From Syntrophales bacterium (lineage in GTDB: Bacteria; Desulfobacterota; Syntrophia; Syntrophales; UBA2210): 64,000 bases of DNA. Numbering within the stretch: position 1 is the first letter of the stretch; each line of letters begins with the position of its first letter. The position numbers were made by a program, and so were the translations under genes. Positions 42,234-50,440 of this stretch are shown piece after piece. The notes under the pieces were generated by a model, which had not been told where the DNA came from, searched no databases, and was given only the letters and a program-made list of their open reading frames with translations. Location of the stretch: the NCBI GenBank assembly GCA_963666365.2, contig CAXXNF010000002.1:512001-576000 (forward strand), read 5' to 3'.

Positions 42234-44462
42234 ATGTGTGTGCATGTGACAATCAGTAATGCTCTGTATCTTATTCCCCCCTTGTTCGGCTTTATGGTGT
42301 TTGCCTTACTTTCCACCCTTGCAATGATGCGAGGAGGGAAAAGTCAAAAGGGACGATTATTTGCCGGAATCTGTGTCATGGGCGGATTGATCAATCTGGA
42401 TATGGCACTGGTGACTGCCATTCCGGATGAAGCGCTGGCACTCAGAATTGACCGCCTTATCTACGTGCTGTTTGTTTTCAGTATTCCTCTCTATATCCGT
42501 TTCGTGCATGCGTACCTTGCAATTACTCGCCTGAAATGGCTTGAGTGGATCGCCTATGGTCTAAGCGTGTTTTTTCTTCTCTTTACTCAGACTGATTATT
42601 TCTTAAAGGGCATTTACTATTATCCCTGGGGGAGGATTGCCAAGGCGGGTCCCTGTTATTATCTTTTTGCCCTTGCGGCAACCTTTACCGTTATTTACTG
42701 TCTGATTTCACTTGCAATATCCTTCCACCGCACACAAAGCAGTCAATCGAAAAACAGAATTAAATACATTATTGCGGGATTGAGCATGAGCACCTTTCTA
42801 ATCCTCCTGAATGTTCTTCCAGTGAGTGGGGTATCTTTTTATCCCCTGGGGAATTTCAGTTTCATCCCTGCAATAGTGCTGGCCTTCGGTGTGTTGAAAT
42901 ACGATCTTCTCGATCTGGACTCGGTAGTGTGGAAGAGTGCGATCTATGGTACATTAACAATAATTATGTCATTAATATATGTAGTTGTAATATATTTATT
43001 CAACCTATACTTTATAAATATTGGTGCGGGGAAATCCCTCTTGCTCCCCCTTGTGCTTTCCCTTTTTATTGTCTTTCTTTTTGATCCGCTGAAAAATGGC
43101 ATTCAAAGGCTTTTCGACAGAATATTTTTCAGGGGGAAGTATGATTACCGCTCTACCTTGCGTCATATGAGCAGTGTCCTGACCTCCCTTCTGCGAAGAG
43201 ACGAGATTGTCGAGTTCCTTCTTGAGACAATATATGTACATCTGAAAGTGAGTCGTGCATCTCTCCTATTTATCGATAAGAGTAAAGAGGATATCGGGCG
43301 TATCAGATCTAAGGGTACGGTCCTCCCTGCGGTATTGCTCGATTCGATAGACGATTGGAAAGAAATTATTTCATATTTTGAAAGTGCTGCCGCCGAGGTG
43401 GTAACGCCGTCCAGTGTCCACAAGAGAGAGATGCACGCCTCTGCGCGGCGTGAAATTGCCAACCTCTGGGAGACGACAAAAACCGCACTTATTGTTCCCG
43501 TTGCATTTCAAGGAACGCTGAAGGGTCTGATATTATTAAGTGAGAAACGATCAGGCGAACTCTTCGTACATGAAGATGTTGAACTGTTGTCAACCATAGC
43601 AAATCAGGTGGCCATAGCACTGGCAAATGCTGAAAGTTATGAGAAAATCGAGTCTATTAATTTGGAATTGGAAAGAAAGGTAGAAGAGCGGACGGCTGCG
43701 CTGAAGCACGCATTACAGGAAAAGGAAACAACACAGAAACAGCTTATTGTATCGGAAAGTCTTGCAGCCATCGGTCAACTTGTTGCGGGAACGGCCCATG
43801 AACTGAACAATCCACTGTCCAGCGCGTCAAGCCTTGTTGAAACGAGCATTGGCACGGCTGAGTCCATAGAGCTTAATGACGAACGGTATGAGGAGATGAT
43901 CGACGATCTTAGATTTTCCTTGAAAGAGCTCCATCGGGCCGCCCACATTGTAAAGAGTCTTCTCAGTCTCTCGCGACAGACACAGACCTACACGGAGCCG
44001 GTTAACATGAATAACGTGATCGACGATGCACTGCGCGTGCTTAGCAATCGGTACAAGAGTCTGGACGTGACTATCGTTCGCCACTACGACGAAATGTTGC
44101 CGCACATCGAAGGTAATTTCGCCAATCTGGGGCAGGTATGCATCAACATTATAAAAAACTCCCTTCAGGCATTGCCGGTAAAGGGGGGAATAATAGAATT
44201 GACGACACACTTCATGGAGAAGAACAACAGCGTACACATAGAATGCCGTGATAACGGTGCGGGCATAGAAGATCGTTATCAATCAAAAATATTTGAACCT
44301 TTTTTTACCACGAAAGGAGTCGGAGAGGGTACGGGATTGGGACTCTATATCTCTCATGAAATTGTCAAACGTCATGGTGGTGCGATTACGGCAGGAAGCG
44401 AACGGGGTCAAGGAACGGTTGTCACCATAACATTGCCCACAAAAAGGAGGACATCATGGTAG
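42234..44462 (+). CDS. Multi-TM (7TM-type) GAF sensor histidine kinase
   Basis: About 9 TM segments, GAF (EDVELLSTIANQ), AHELNNPL, NIIKNS, DNGAGI, FEPFFTTK, GTGLGL. Confidence 0.92.
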   Translation: MCVHVTISNALYLIPPLFGFMVFALLSTLAMMRGGKSQKGRLFAGICVMGGLINLDMALVTAIPDEALALRIDRLIYVLFVFSIPLYIRFVHAYLAITRLKWLEWIAYGLSVFFLLFTQTDYFLKGIYYYPWGRIAKAGPCYYLFALAATFTVIYCLISLAISFHRTQSSQSKNRIKYIIAGLSMSTFLILLNVLPVSGVSFYPLGNFSFIPAIVLAFGVLKYDLLDLDSVVWKSAIYGTLTIIMSLIYVVVIYLFNLYFINIGAGKSLLLPLVLSLFIVFLFDPLKNGIQRLFDRIFFRGKYDYRSTLRHMSSVLTSLLRRDEIVEFLLETIYVHLKVSRASLLFIDKSKEDIGRIRSKGTVLPAVLLDSIDDWKEIISYFESAAAEVVTPSSVHKREMHASARREIANLWETTKTALIVPVAFQGTLKGLILLSEKRSGELFVHEDVELLSTIANQVAIALANAESYEKIESINLELERKVEERTAALKHALQEKETTQKQLIVSESLAAIGQLVAGTAHELNNPLSSASSLVETSIGTAESIELNDERYEEMIDDLRFSLKELHRAAHIVKSLLSLSRQTQTYTEPVNMNNVIDDALRVLSNRYKSLDVTIVRHYDEMLPHIEGNFANLGQVCINIIKNSLQALPVKGGIIELTTHFMEKNNSVHIECRDNGAGIEDRYQSKIFEPFFTTKGVGEGTGLGLYISHEIVKRHGGAITAGSERGQGTVVTITLPTKRRTSW

Positions 44463-45469
44463 GTCTTTTGGTTGTCGATGATGAAGAGGGGGTAAGACGA
44501 TCATTAAAGAAAGTGCTGGAAAAAGAAGGGTATGCGATATACCTCGCGGAAAGCGGTCAACGGGCGCTTGACATTGTCCGTGACGATCCGCTTGCAGTCG
44601 AAACAGTGATTTCAGATTATCGGATGCCCGGGATTGACGGGCTGGAAACACTTATCGAAGTGGGGAAGCTTAATCCTGAAATCACCCGGATCATGTTGAC
44701 GGGCTATGCGACGATGGAAAGCGCCATTGAATCGGTAAATGCCGGAATCGATGGATTTTTAACAAAGCCCTTTTCAAATGTCGAGCTGAAGGCCAAGATA
44801 AAGGAATATATACTTAAAAAAAGGCTTAAACAGTTTGTGTCCGAACAGGTATTGCAGGAAATGCAGCGGGGAGATGAAAAGATATCTCTTGTGCGAAAGA
44901 AGGTGAGTATACTTTTCTGCGATATACGAGGATTTACGGAACTTGCGGAAAAACTTTCTACTGAAAGGCTTTCCCATACGCTCAATGTCCATTATTTTAC
45001 GCCCCTCGACGATGTCATCTGTGATCACGGAGGAATGCTCGACAAGCACATCGGCGACGGCATAATGGCGATTTTCGGCGCCCCTGTATCATGCGAAAAT
45101 CCGGCAGAAAAAGCGGTAACCTGCGCCCTGAAAATACTGGAGACACTGGCGGAGACAAACAAAATATTAACATGCGCAGGGGAATCTGAAATCGAAGTCG
45201 GCATTGGCATCAGCACCGGCGAAGTGATGGCGGGACTCTTCGGCTCATGCCGCAAAAAGGAATATACCGTGTTTGGCAGGACCGTGAATATTGCGGCACG
45301 ACTTGAAACGCTGGCAAGGGCAGGGCAGATACTTCTTTGCGATGATACCTTTCAGACTATGGGAGGAACAGTCAAAACAGAAAAAATCGGACCTGTCCAT
45401 CTCAAGGGAATTAATAGGAATATCTGCATTCATGAAATTCGGGGAGCATTTTCCCCGAAAACCCCTTGA
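44456..45469 (+). CDS. Response-regulator receiver plus class III adenylate cyclase
   Basis: LVVDDE, SDYRMPG.DG, TKPF; ILFCDIRGFT, DKHIGDGIMA.FG, GIGI.TG, YTVFG.TVN.AARLE. Confidence 0.92.
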   Translation: MVGLLVVDDEEGVRRSLKKVLEKEGYAIYLAESGQRALDIVRDDPLAVETVISDYRMPGIDGLETLIEVGKLNPEITRIMLTGYATMESAIESVNAGIDGFLTKPFSNVELKAKIKEYILKKRLKQFVSEQVLQEMQRGDEKISLVRKKVSILFCDIRGFTELAEKLSTERLSHTLNVHYFTPLDDVICDHGGMLDKHIGDGIMAIFGAPVSCENPAEKAVTCALKILETLAETNKILTCAGESEIEVGIGISTGEVMAGLFGSCRKKEYTVFGRTVNIAARLETLARAGQILLCDDTFQTMGGTVKTEKIGPVHLKGINRNICIHEIRGAFSPKTP

Positions 45470-45519
45470 CAATATCCGGTGATTGATTTATGTTCTCACA
45501 CTCTGGAACACACACATGA

Positions 45520-45596
<77 letters not shown>

Positions 45597-45605
45597 AATA
45601 AAAAC

Positions 45606-45641
45606 AAGGGGTTAGGCAATCAGCTTAACCCCTTAAATTTT
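45606..45641 (+). terminator. Hairpin/terminator after the tRNA
   Basis: AAGGGGTTAGGC...GCTTAACCCCTT. Confidence 0.6.
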
Positions 45642-46119
45642 AGTCTCTGCTAACACCCTGCTACCAGAAAGCCTTAAACCGTACGGAAAAGATATCGTCC
45701 ACTTTTTTTGATAGCGTGCTACCGGAATGGTAGCAGGGAATAATCCCGCCCATGCTTTGAATTGAAAGCTTATACCCCCATCTTTGTCTGTCCCAGTGCT
45801 TACCACCTATTAGTTTTATCAATCGGCCTTTGCCGGTATTACCTGAACGCCCAGCGCCTCGCCGACTTTTACCGGCCCCATGCCTTCGGACATTTTAGAT
45901 AATGTGAGAAAAAAATTTGATTAATTTGCCAAGTACACCTACGAATGCTCAAACTTATACCAAGAGAAAATCGATTATTACCGTTTGAAAGACTCAACCT
46001 AATATCCCTTGACAAGGTATCTTAATGGAGCTAGTAATATACCACATTTATCGATCTCGAATGAATAGGCTCACTTTTGAAGAGCTGTAACCCAAGGGGG
46101 GATTATGGTCGGATAATCT

Positions 46120-46157
46120 AAAGCCCTGTTTCTCACTATGAGAGATAGGGCTTTTTT
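46120..46157 (+). terminator. Intrinsic terminator
   Basis: AAAGCCCTGTTTCTCA-cta-TGAGAGATAGGGCTTT followed by Ts. Confidence 0.8.
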
Positions 46158-46276
46158 ATTTAAGAATCGCGTTGAACGAAAAGTGGAACAAAACAACAAT
46201 AACAGCTTCTGTGGGAAGCCGATACTTAGGAGTGTTATATAGTTTCTGTATAACACCCCTAAATAAATGAGTCGTT

Positions 46277-46340
46277 TTATAACATTTAAGGTTGTATGCG
46301 GAATTATGGCTAACTCCGCATACAACCTTAAATGTTCGCA
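46277..46340 (+). mobile_element. Palindromic att-like site (attC-like or attI-like) heading the cassette array
   Basis: AAC...GTT bounded perfect 22-bp inverted repeat (46281-46302 / 46315-46336). Its GTTCGCA is complementary to TGCGAAC at the end of the next cassette. Confidence 0.65.
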
Positions 46341-46362
46341 ACATAGATATGAGGAATAGTAT

Positions 46363-46959
46363 ATGACTTACGAAGAGATTCTGAAATTCCACGGACATGA
46401 GTGCCCCGGCATTGCCATCGGCTATCGGATGGCAGAAGCAGCAATGGTGGAGTTGGCATTACTGCGAGCCGCCGATGAGGAACTGGTGGCAATTGTCGAG
46501 AACGATGCTTGTGGAGTCGATGCTGTGCAATGCCTGACTGGTTGCACGTTCGGGAAAGGTAATCTTATCTTCAGGGACTATGGCAAGCACGTGTACACAC
46601 TATACTCGCGCAAGTTTCATGTTGGTGTTCGCGTTTCATTCAACAGCACAAAAGTCCCGCCTGATGTTCACGAACGGCGAGATGAGTTCACCCGCTGGAT
46701 ACTAGCGACTCCATCTGAGCAGATGCTCACGATAGACAAAGTGCACATCAGCGAACCTGAACCCGCGAAGATACAGAAGAGCATAGCTTGTTCATTCTGC
46801 GGTGAGGAAGTCATGGAGACCCGCTTGAAGCAATTGCGCGGTGAACCCGTGTGTATACCTTGTCTCTTGAAATACAACGAGTGCGAACAATCGTATGCAG
46901 GAGCGACTCTGAAATCCGCCGCCTTTCAGGCAGCGGATTTCAGAGCGTCTGATGCGTAG
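46363..46959 (+). CDS. FmdE-family protein with C-terminal zinc finger (gene cassette)
   Basis: FHGHECPG.AIG, VEND.CGVDAVQ.LTGCTFGKGN, DYGK, C..CGE.VME, C.PC. Confidence 0.92.
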   Translation: MTYEEILKFHGHECPGIAIGYRMAEAAMVELALLRAADEELVAIVENDACGVDAVQCLTGCTFGKGNLIFRDYGKHVYTLYSRKFHVGVRVSFNSTKVPPDVHERRDEFTRWILATPSEQMLTIDKVHISEPEPAKIQKSIACSFCGEEVMETRLKQLRGEPVCIPCLLKYNECEQSYAGATLKSAAFQAADFRASDA

Positions 46960-46967
46960 CGTTCATC
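46882..46967 (+). mobile_element. attC site
   Basis: TGCGAAC-aatCGTATGCAG...CTGATGCGtagc-GTTCATC, with central stem CTCTGAAATCCGC/GCGGATTTCAGAG. Confidence 0.85.
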
Positions 46968-47030
46968 CCGACCGCAAGCGGTCGGGATGAACGGGGCCGC
47001 GACTGTCGCCACGTGCCGCCGCCTGCGGCG

Positions 47031-47112
47031 GACGAACACGCGGCTTGATCTGCCGGTCCTCAGAAAATTACAATTTTCTTCGGACCGCAGCTCAGCCGCG
47101 GCCCCGTTAGCC
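47031..47112 (+). mobile_element. attC site
   Basis: GACGAAC-aCGCGGCTTGAtCTGCcGGTCC...GGACCGCAGcTCAGCCGCG-gcccc-GTTAGCC with extrahelical bases. Confidence 0.85.
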
Positions 47113-47173
47113 AAACCAATAAGCCAGTCATATGCCGGAAAAATTTGCCTATTAAGAATTGAAGGGGATTAAA

Positions 47174-47620
47174 ATGAATTCAAAGACAAAGACTGGAATA
47201 ATTATTTGCGATCGCTATCGCCGCTGTGCGGGCGGTAAATGTTTCCGAGCGATGAAAAATAAGGAAGGTGCTTTCAGTATATACAGGGACACCGAAGTTG
47301 AGTTGGTTGGTTTTACGACATGCGATGGTTGCCCTGGAGGCAACATCGAATATGCGGGCGAAGAAATGGTCAAAAATGGTGCAGAGGTTATCCATTTAGC
47401 TACCGGCCTTGTGGTTGGTTATCCCCCCTGTCCCTACATCGATACATTCAAAGCCTTTCTTGAAAAACGCTATAAGGTAAATGTCGTTGTGGGTACGCAC
47501 CCGATTCCGAAAAAATATCTTGATATGCATACTCATCTTGGGACATGGAAGAACCCCGCTTGGAAGCCTCTTATTGCGCCGACCATGAGTGATGAAGCGA
47601 CCCGCGCAAGTTACGACTAA
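47174..47620 (+). CDS. CGGC-domain metal-binding protein (gene cassette)
   Basis: IIIC.RY..CAGGKC, F.TC.GCPG, IHLATG...GYPPCP, VGTH. Confidence 0.88.
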   Translation: MNSKTKTGIIICDRYRRCAGGKCFRAMKNKEGAFSIYRDTEVELVGFTTCDGCPGGNIEYAGEEMVKNGAEVIHLATGLVVGYPPCPYIDTFKAFLEKRYKVNVVVGTHPIPKKYLDMHTHLGTWKNPAWKPLIAPTMSDEATRASYD

Positions 47621-47711
47621 TTATGGCCTTTGCAAATCTGATGGGAAATCTTGATGAATTCCCAAGGCTTGCTTTGGCAGCCATAGTGTACGAATTCATC
47701 GCCTGCCGGTT

Positions 47712-47770
47712 GGCTAACCAAGCTAATGTAGCCGACGCAAAAAAACGCGCGGCTAATTAGCTCGTTATTA
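47712..47770 (+). mobile_element. attC site
   Basis: GGCTAAC-caAGCTAATgTAGCCGaCGC...GCGCGGCTAATTAGCTc-GTTATTA. R'' TTGGCTAAC is complementary to the cassette start GTTAGCCAA (47106). Confidence 0.88.
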
Positions 47771-47928
47771 TTATCAAATCTGCCGTTGGTTCTTGCCCCA
47801 AATTTTACTGACAGCAAGAGTCAACGGGAAATTTGCCCCCATAAGATAATGGCTTTGTAGATGATGGTCGGTTTGACTGGTAGGCCGACAGCGAACTATT
47901 TCATAACCAAGGTAAAAGGAGTTATGTC

Positions 47929-48966
47929 ATGCTCGGAGTCATATTTTTAGGAAACAAGAAAATGGAGTTGGGGGAGATTCCCGATCCAAACGTAAGAGAA
48001 GGGGATGTGTTGATACGAGTAAAAGCCAGCGCTATATGTGGAAGCGAAATGGAGACCTTTGTTCCCCCAAGAGGCCTTCCCTGGAAAGGGAACCCGGGGC
48101 ATGAGGTAATGGGCATAATCGAGGATCCCAACGGCTCAAAACGCTTTCGAAAGGGAGATCGAATCGGCGTTTCAACGCTCCAGGGTTGCGAAAACTGTTT
48201 TTGGTGCTTACAGGGAAAACAGATTTTCTGTAAGCAGGTCAGAGGAATCAGAAACGCCCACAGCGAGTACGTGGTCTCCAAAGAGATCTGGCTGCACCCC
48301 CTGGATGACGATATAACCGATGGTGTGGCAGTGCTTCTTTCCGGCGACGGGATGGGGGTACCTTATGGCGCCAGTATCAAAAGCGGGGTGGCTCCGGGTG
48401 ACATTACCTGCGTGTTCGGGACGGGCCCCGTCGGCTTGGGGATGACATTGTTTCAAACCTATTTGGGGGCTAAGGTCATAGCGGTTGATATAAACCCGCT
48501 CGCGCTTGAGCGGGCGAAACAACTGGGCGCATGGAAGACCATAAATCCTAAAGAGACGACAGACCTGAAGACCGCAATCTATGACCTGACCTTTGGCCTG
48601 GGACCCAACAAAAGTTTCGATGCTATCTCCATGGGCAACCAGGACCTGTTTCACACCATGTTGGACGTCACCATGCCGGGAGGCACGGTGGTGACCGTCG
48701 CACATGGCGATCATGGGATAGACCATGTCCGGGAGCGGCTTTCCTTCCACCTGAACCCGGCCCAAAGGGAGATTTGGGGCAGGAACCTCACCGTGATGGG
48801 TAACTGGATGTGCAATTTCAGTGACTGGTCAGACATGGTGGCCCTGGTCAGAGACGGCTTTCAGATAGACCGCATCATCACCAACCATTTTCCCATTGAA
48901 GCGGCGGATGAGGCATATCGCCGGGTTTCTGAGGGCCTGGAAGGCAAGGTGATACTGACGCATTAA
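47929..48966 (+). CDS. Zinc-dependent medium-chain alcohol/polyol dehydrogenase
   Basis: ICGSE, GHE..G, C..C..C.......C structural zinc motif, GTGPVG. Confidence 0.9.
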   Translation: MLGVIFLGNKKMELGEIPDPNVREGDVLIRVKASAICGSEMETFVPPRGLPWKGNPGHEVMGIIEDPNGSKRFRKGDRIGVSTLQGCENCFWCLQGKQIFCKQVRGIRNAHSEYVVSKEIWLHPLDDDITDGVAVLLSGDGMGVPYGASIKSGVAPGDITCVFGTGPVGLGMTLFQTYLGAKVIAVDINPLALERAKQLGAWKTINPKETTDLKTAIYDLTFGLGPNKSFDAISMGNQDLFHTMLDVTMPGGTVVTVAHGDHGIDHVRERLSFHLNPAQREIWGRNLTVMGNWMCNFSDWSDMVALVRDGFQIDRIITNHFPIEAADEAYRRVSEGLEGKVILTH

Positions 48967-49050
48967 TCATGATGATGTAAGCCTCCTATGGGGACATCAG
49001 AAGATCCGCACCCGTTGCGGATCTCTTATCCGAAAAAGAAAGGAGACATT

Positions 49051-50361
49051 ATGGCAGTCTTTGATCATATGCCGATGGGTGAAGAAGGACTCAAAGAAAT
49101 CTATGCCTGGATCGATGATTATGTAAAACGGAACCTTACCATTGCGGAAAAAATCGTTCTGGGCAGGTCCGAAGACGGCAAATGGGACGTGCCGGCGGTG
49201 ATCGTTACCAATCGTTCCGTCGCCGAGGATGAAAAACAGAATGCCATCGTTACCCTGGCCCGACATGGCCAGGAAAGAGGTGCCAGGGTTGTGGGTCCCG
49301 AGATCTTGGAATACCTGGCAAGTGATGCCGCCGGTGAGACGCGAGATAAGCAAACCGTCGTGGTCGTTCCGGTGGTCAATCCCGCAGGTGTTGTTCGCGA
49401 TGAATTTCATTCCTCTCTGCATGGGATTACCGACCATGAAAAGAAAATATTTGGCGTTCTGTGTTCTCGTTTCGTGCCCGACATGATGATCGACTACCAC
49501 AGCCTGGGCAAAAGTGATGCGACGAAATACGATCGCGGGGATATGGAGGTCATCATCCCGGCAAACACCACGCGGTGGGGCATGGATGAACAGATTTATA
49601 GCCATGTGTCGGGCAAGATGGTCGAGACCTGCGCGGCGGCAGGATGGCCCTATGAGATACACCCCCTGGAGGACCTGAATTACTATTACTTCGGAGACGC
49701 CAGGACGGGGCGGCGGCCCCACAAGTATATGCAGGAAAAGGTATTCCTGCTTCATATCCAGAATTTTTCGGAGCACTACGATTTGCCCGAGGAACCGCCA
49801 CGCTATACGAATTACACCAACGGTCCCGCATACCTCAAATGGCACACCATGATCTTCGGTGTCGAGACGAATCACTGGAGCATCAGTCCCACGGAGGGTT
49901 TGGGTGAAAGCGGCTTGCTGCCCTGTAAGGCGCTCCTCGATATGGGTAACAGCCGGTTTCCCTGGGAGCACTATAGCGGCTACCCCACCAACCTCGTGGA
50001 CGGGGACTTCAGGATATCCATACGGGCAACCGGCAGGACCCCGGGGGAACGACGGGTGAACCGCGAGAAGATTTGGAAAGAAAGGGTCAACTTTGAGATT
50101 CTCAAGCGAGTCATGCTGGACAACCCCGAAGAAACGCTGGTGGACGTCGGTTACCTGGGAAACGATTTCCCGTTGGATTTTGAGCTGAGTCTTCGTATGA
50201 GACAAAATACCATCAAGACGGTCACCGTCGATGATCGTCCCGTGGACTTCGATACCGTGAAAGACAATTGCTCAACCTATGTTTTCATTCCCCTATCACT
50301 CATGAAAGCGGGGCTGTTACACATTACGGTTACCCATGAACCATTCCGAAAAAAGGATTAA
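49051..50361 (+). CDS. M14-family zinc carboxypeptidase-like hydrolase
   Basis: GRSEDG, HGQE (HxxE), VPVVNP.G, IDYH; start after AGGAG. Confidence 0.7.
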   Translation: MAVFDHMPMGEEGLKEIYAWIDDYVKRNLTIAEKIVLGRSEDGKWDVPAVIVTNRSVAEDEKQNAIVTLARHGQERGARVVGPEILEYLASDAAGETRDKQTVVVVPVVNPAGVVRDEFHSSLHGITDHEKKIFGVLCSRFVPDMMIDYHSLGKSDATKYDRGDMEVIIPANTTRWGMDEQIYSHVSGKMVETCAAAGWPYEIHPLEDLNYYYFGDARTGRRPHKYMQEKVFLLHIQNFSEHYDLPEEPPRYTNYTNGPAYLKWHTMIFGVETNHWSISPTEGLGESGLLPCKALLDMGNSRFPWEHYSGYPTNLVDGDFRISIRATGRTPGERRVNREKIWKERVNFEILKRVMLDNPEETLVDVGYLGNDFPLDFELSLRMRQNTIKTVTVDDRPVDFDTVKDNCSTYVFIPLSLMKAGLLHITVTHEPFRKKD

Positions 50362-50440
50362 AGAAATAGGTCCGTTTGCTGCCAAATGTGCAATGGAAAA
50401 AATTACCAATATTGTTGAAAATAGGTTTGAGCTCTTAGAA

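Noticed and set aside
46226..47770. CRISPR array interpretation of the hairpin cluster
   Set aside because: The repeats are not identical or regularly spaced and no cas genes are present; they fit attC architecture.
48997..50205. 402-aa minus-strand ORF
   Set aside because: It is antisense to the M14 peptidase and has no recognisable motifs.
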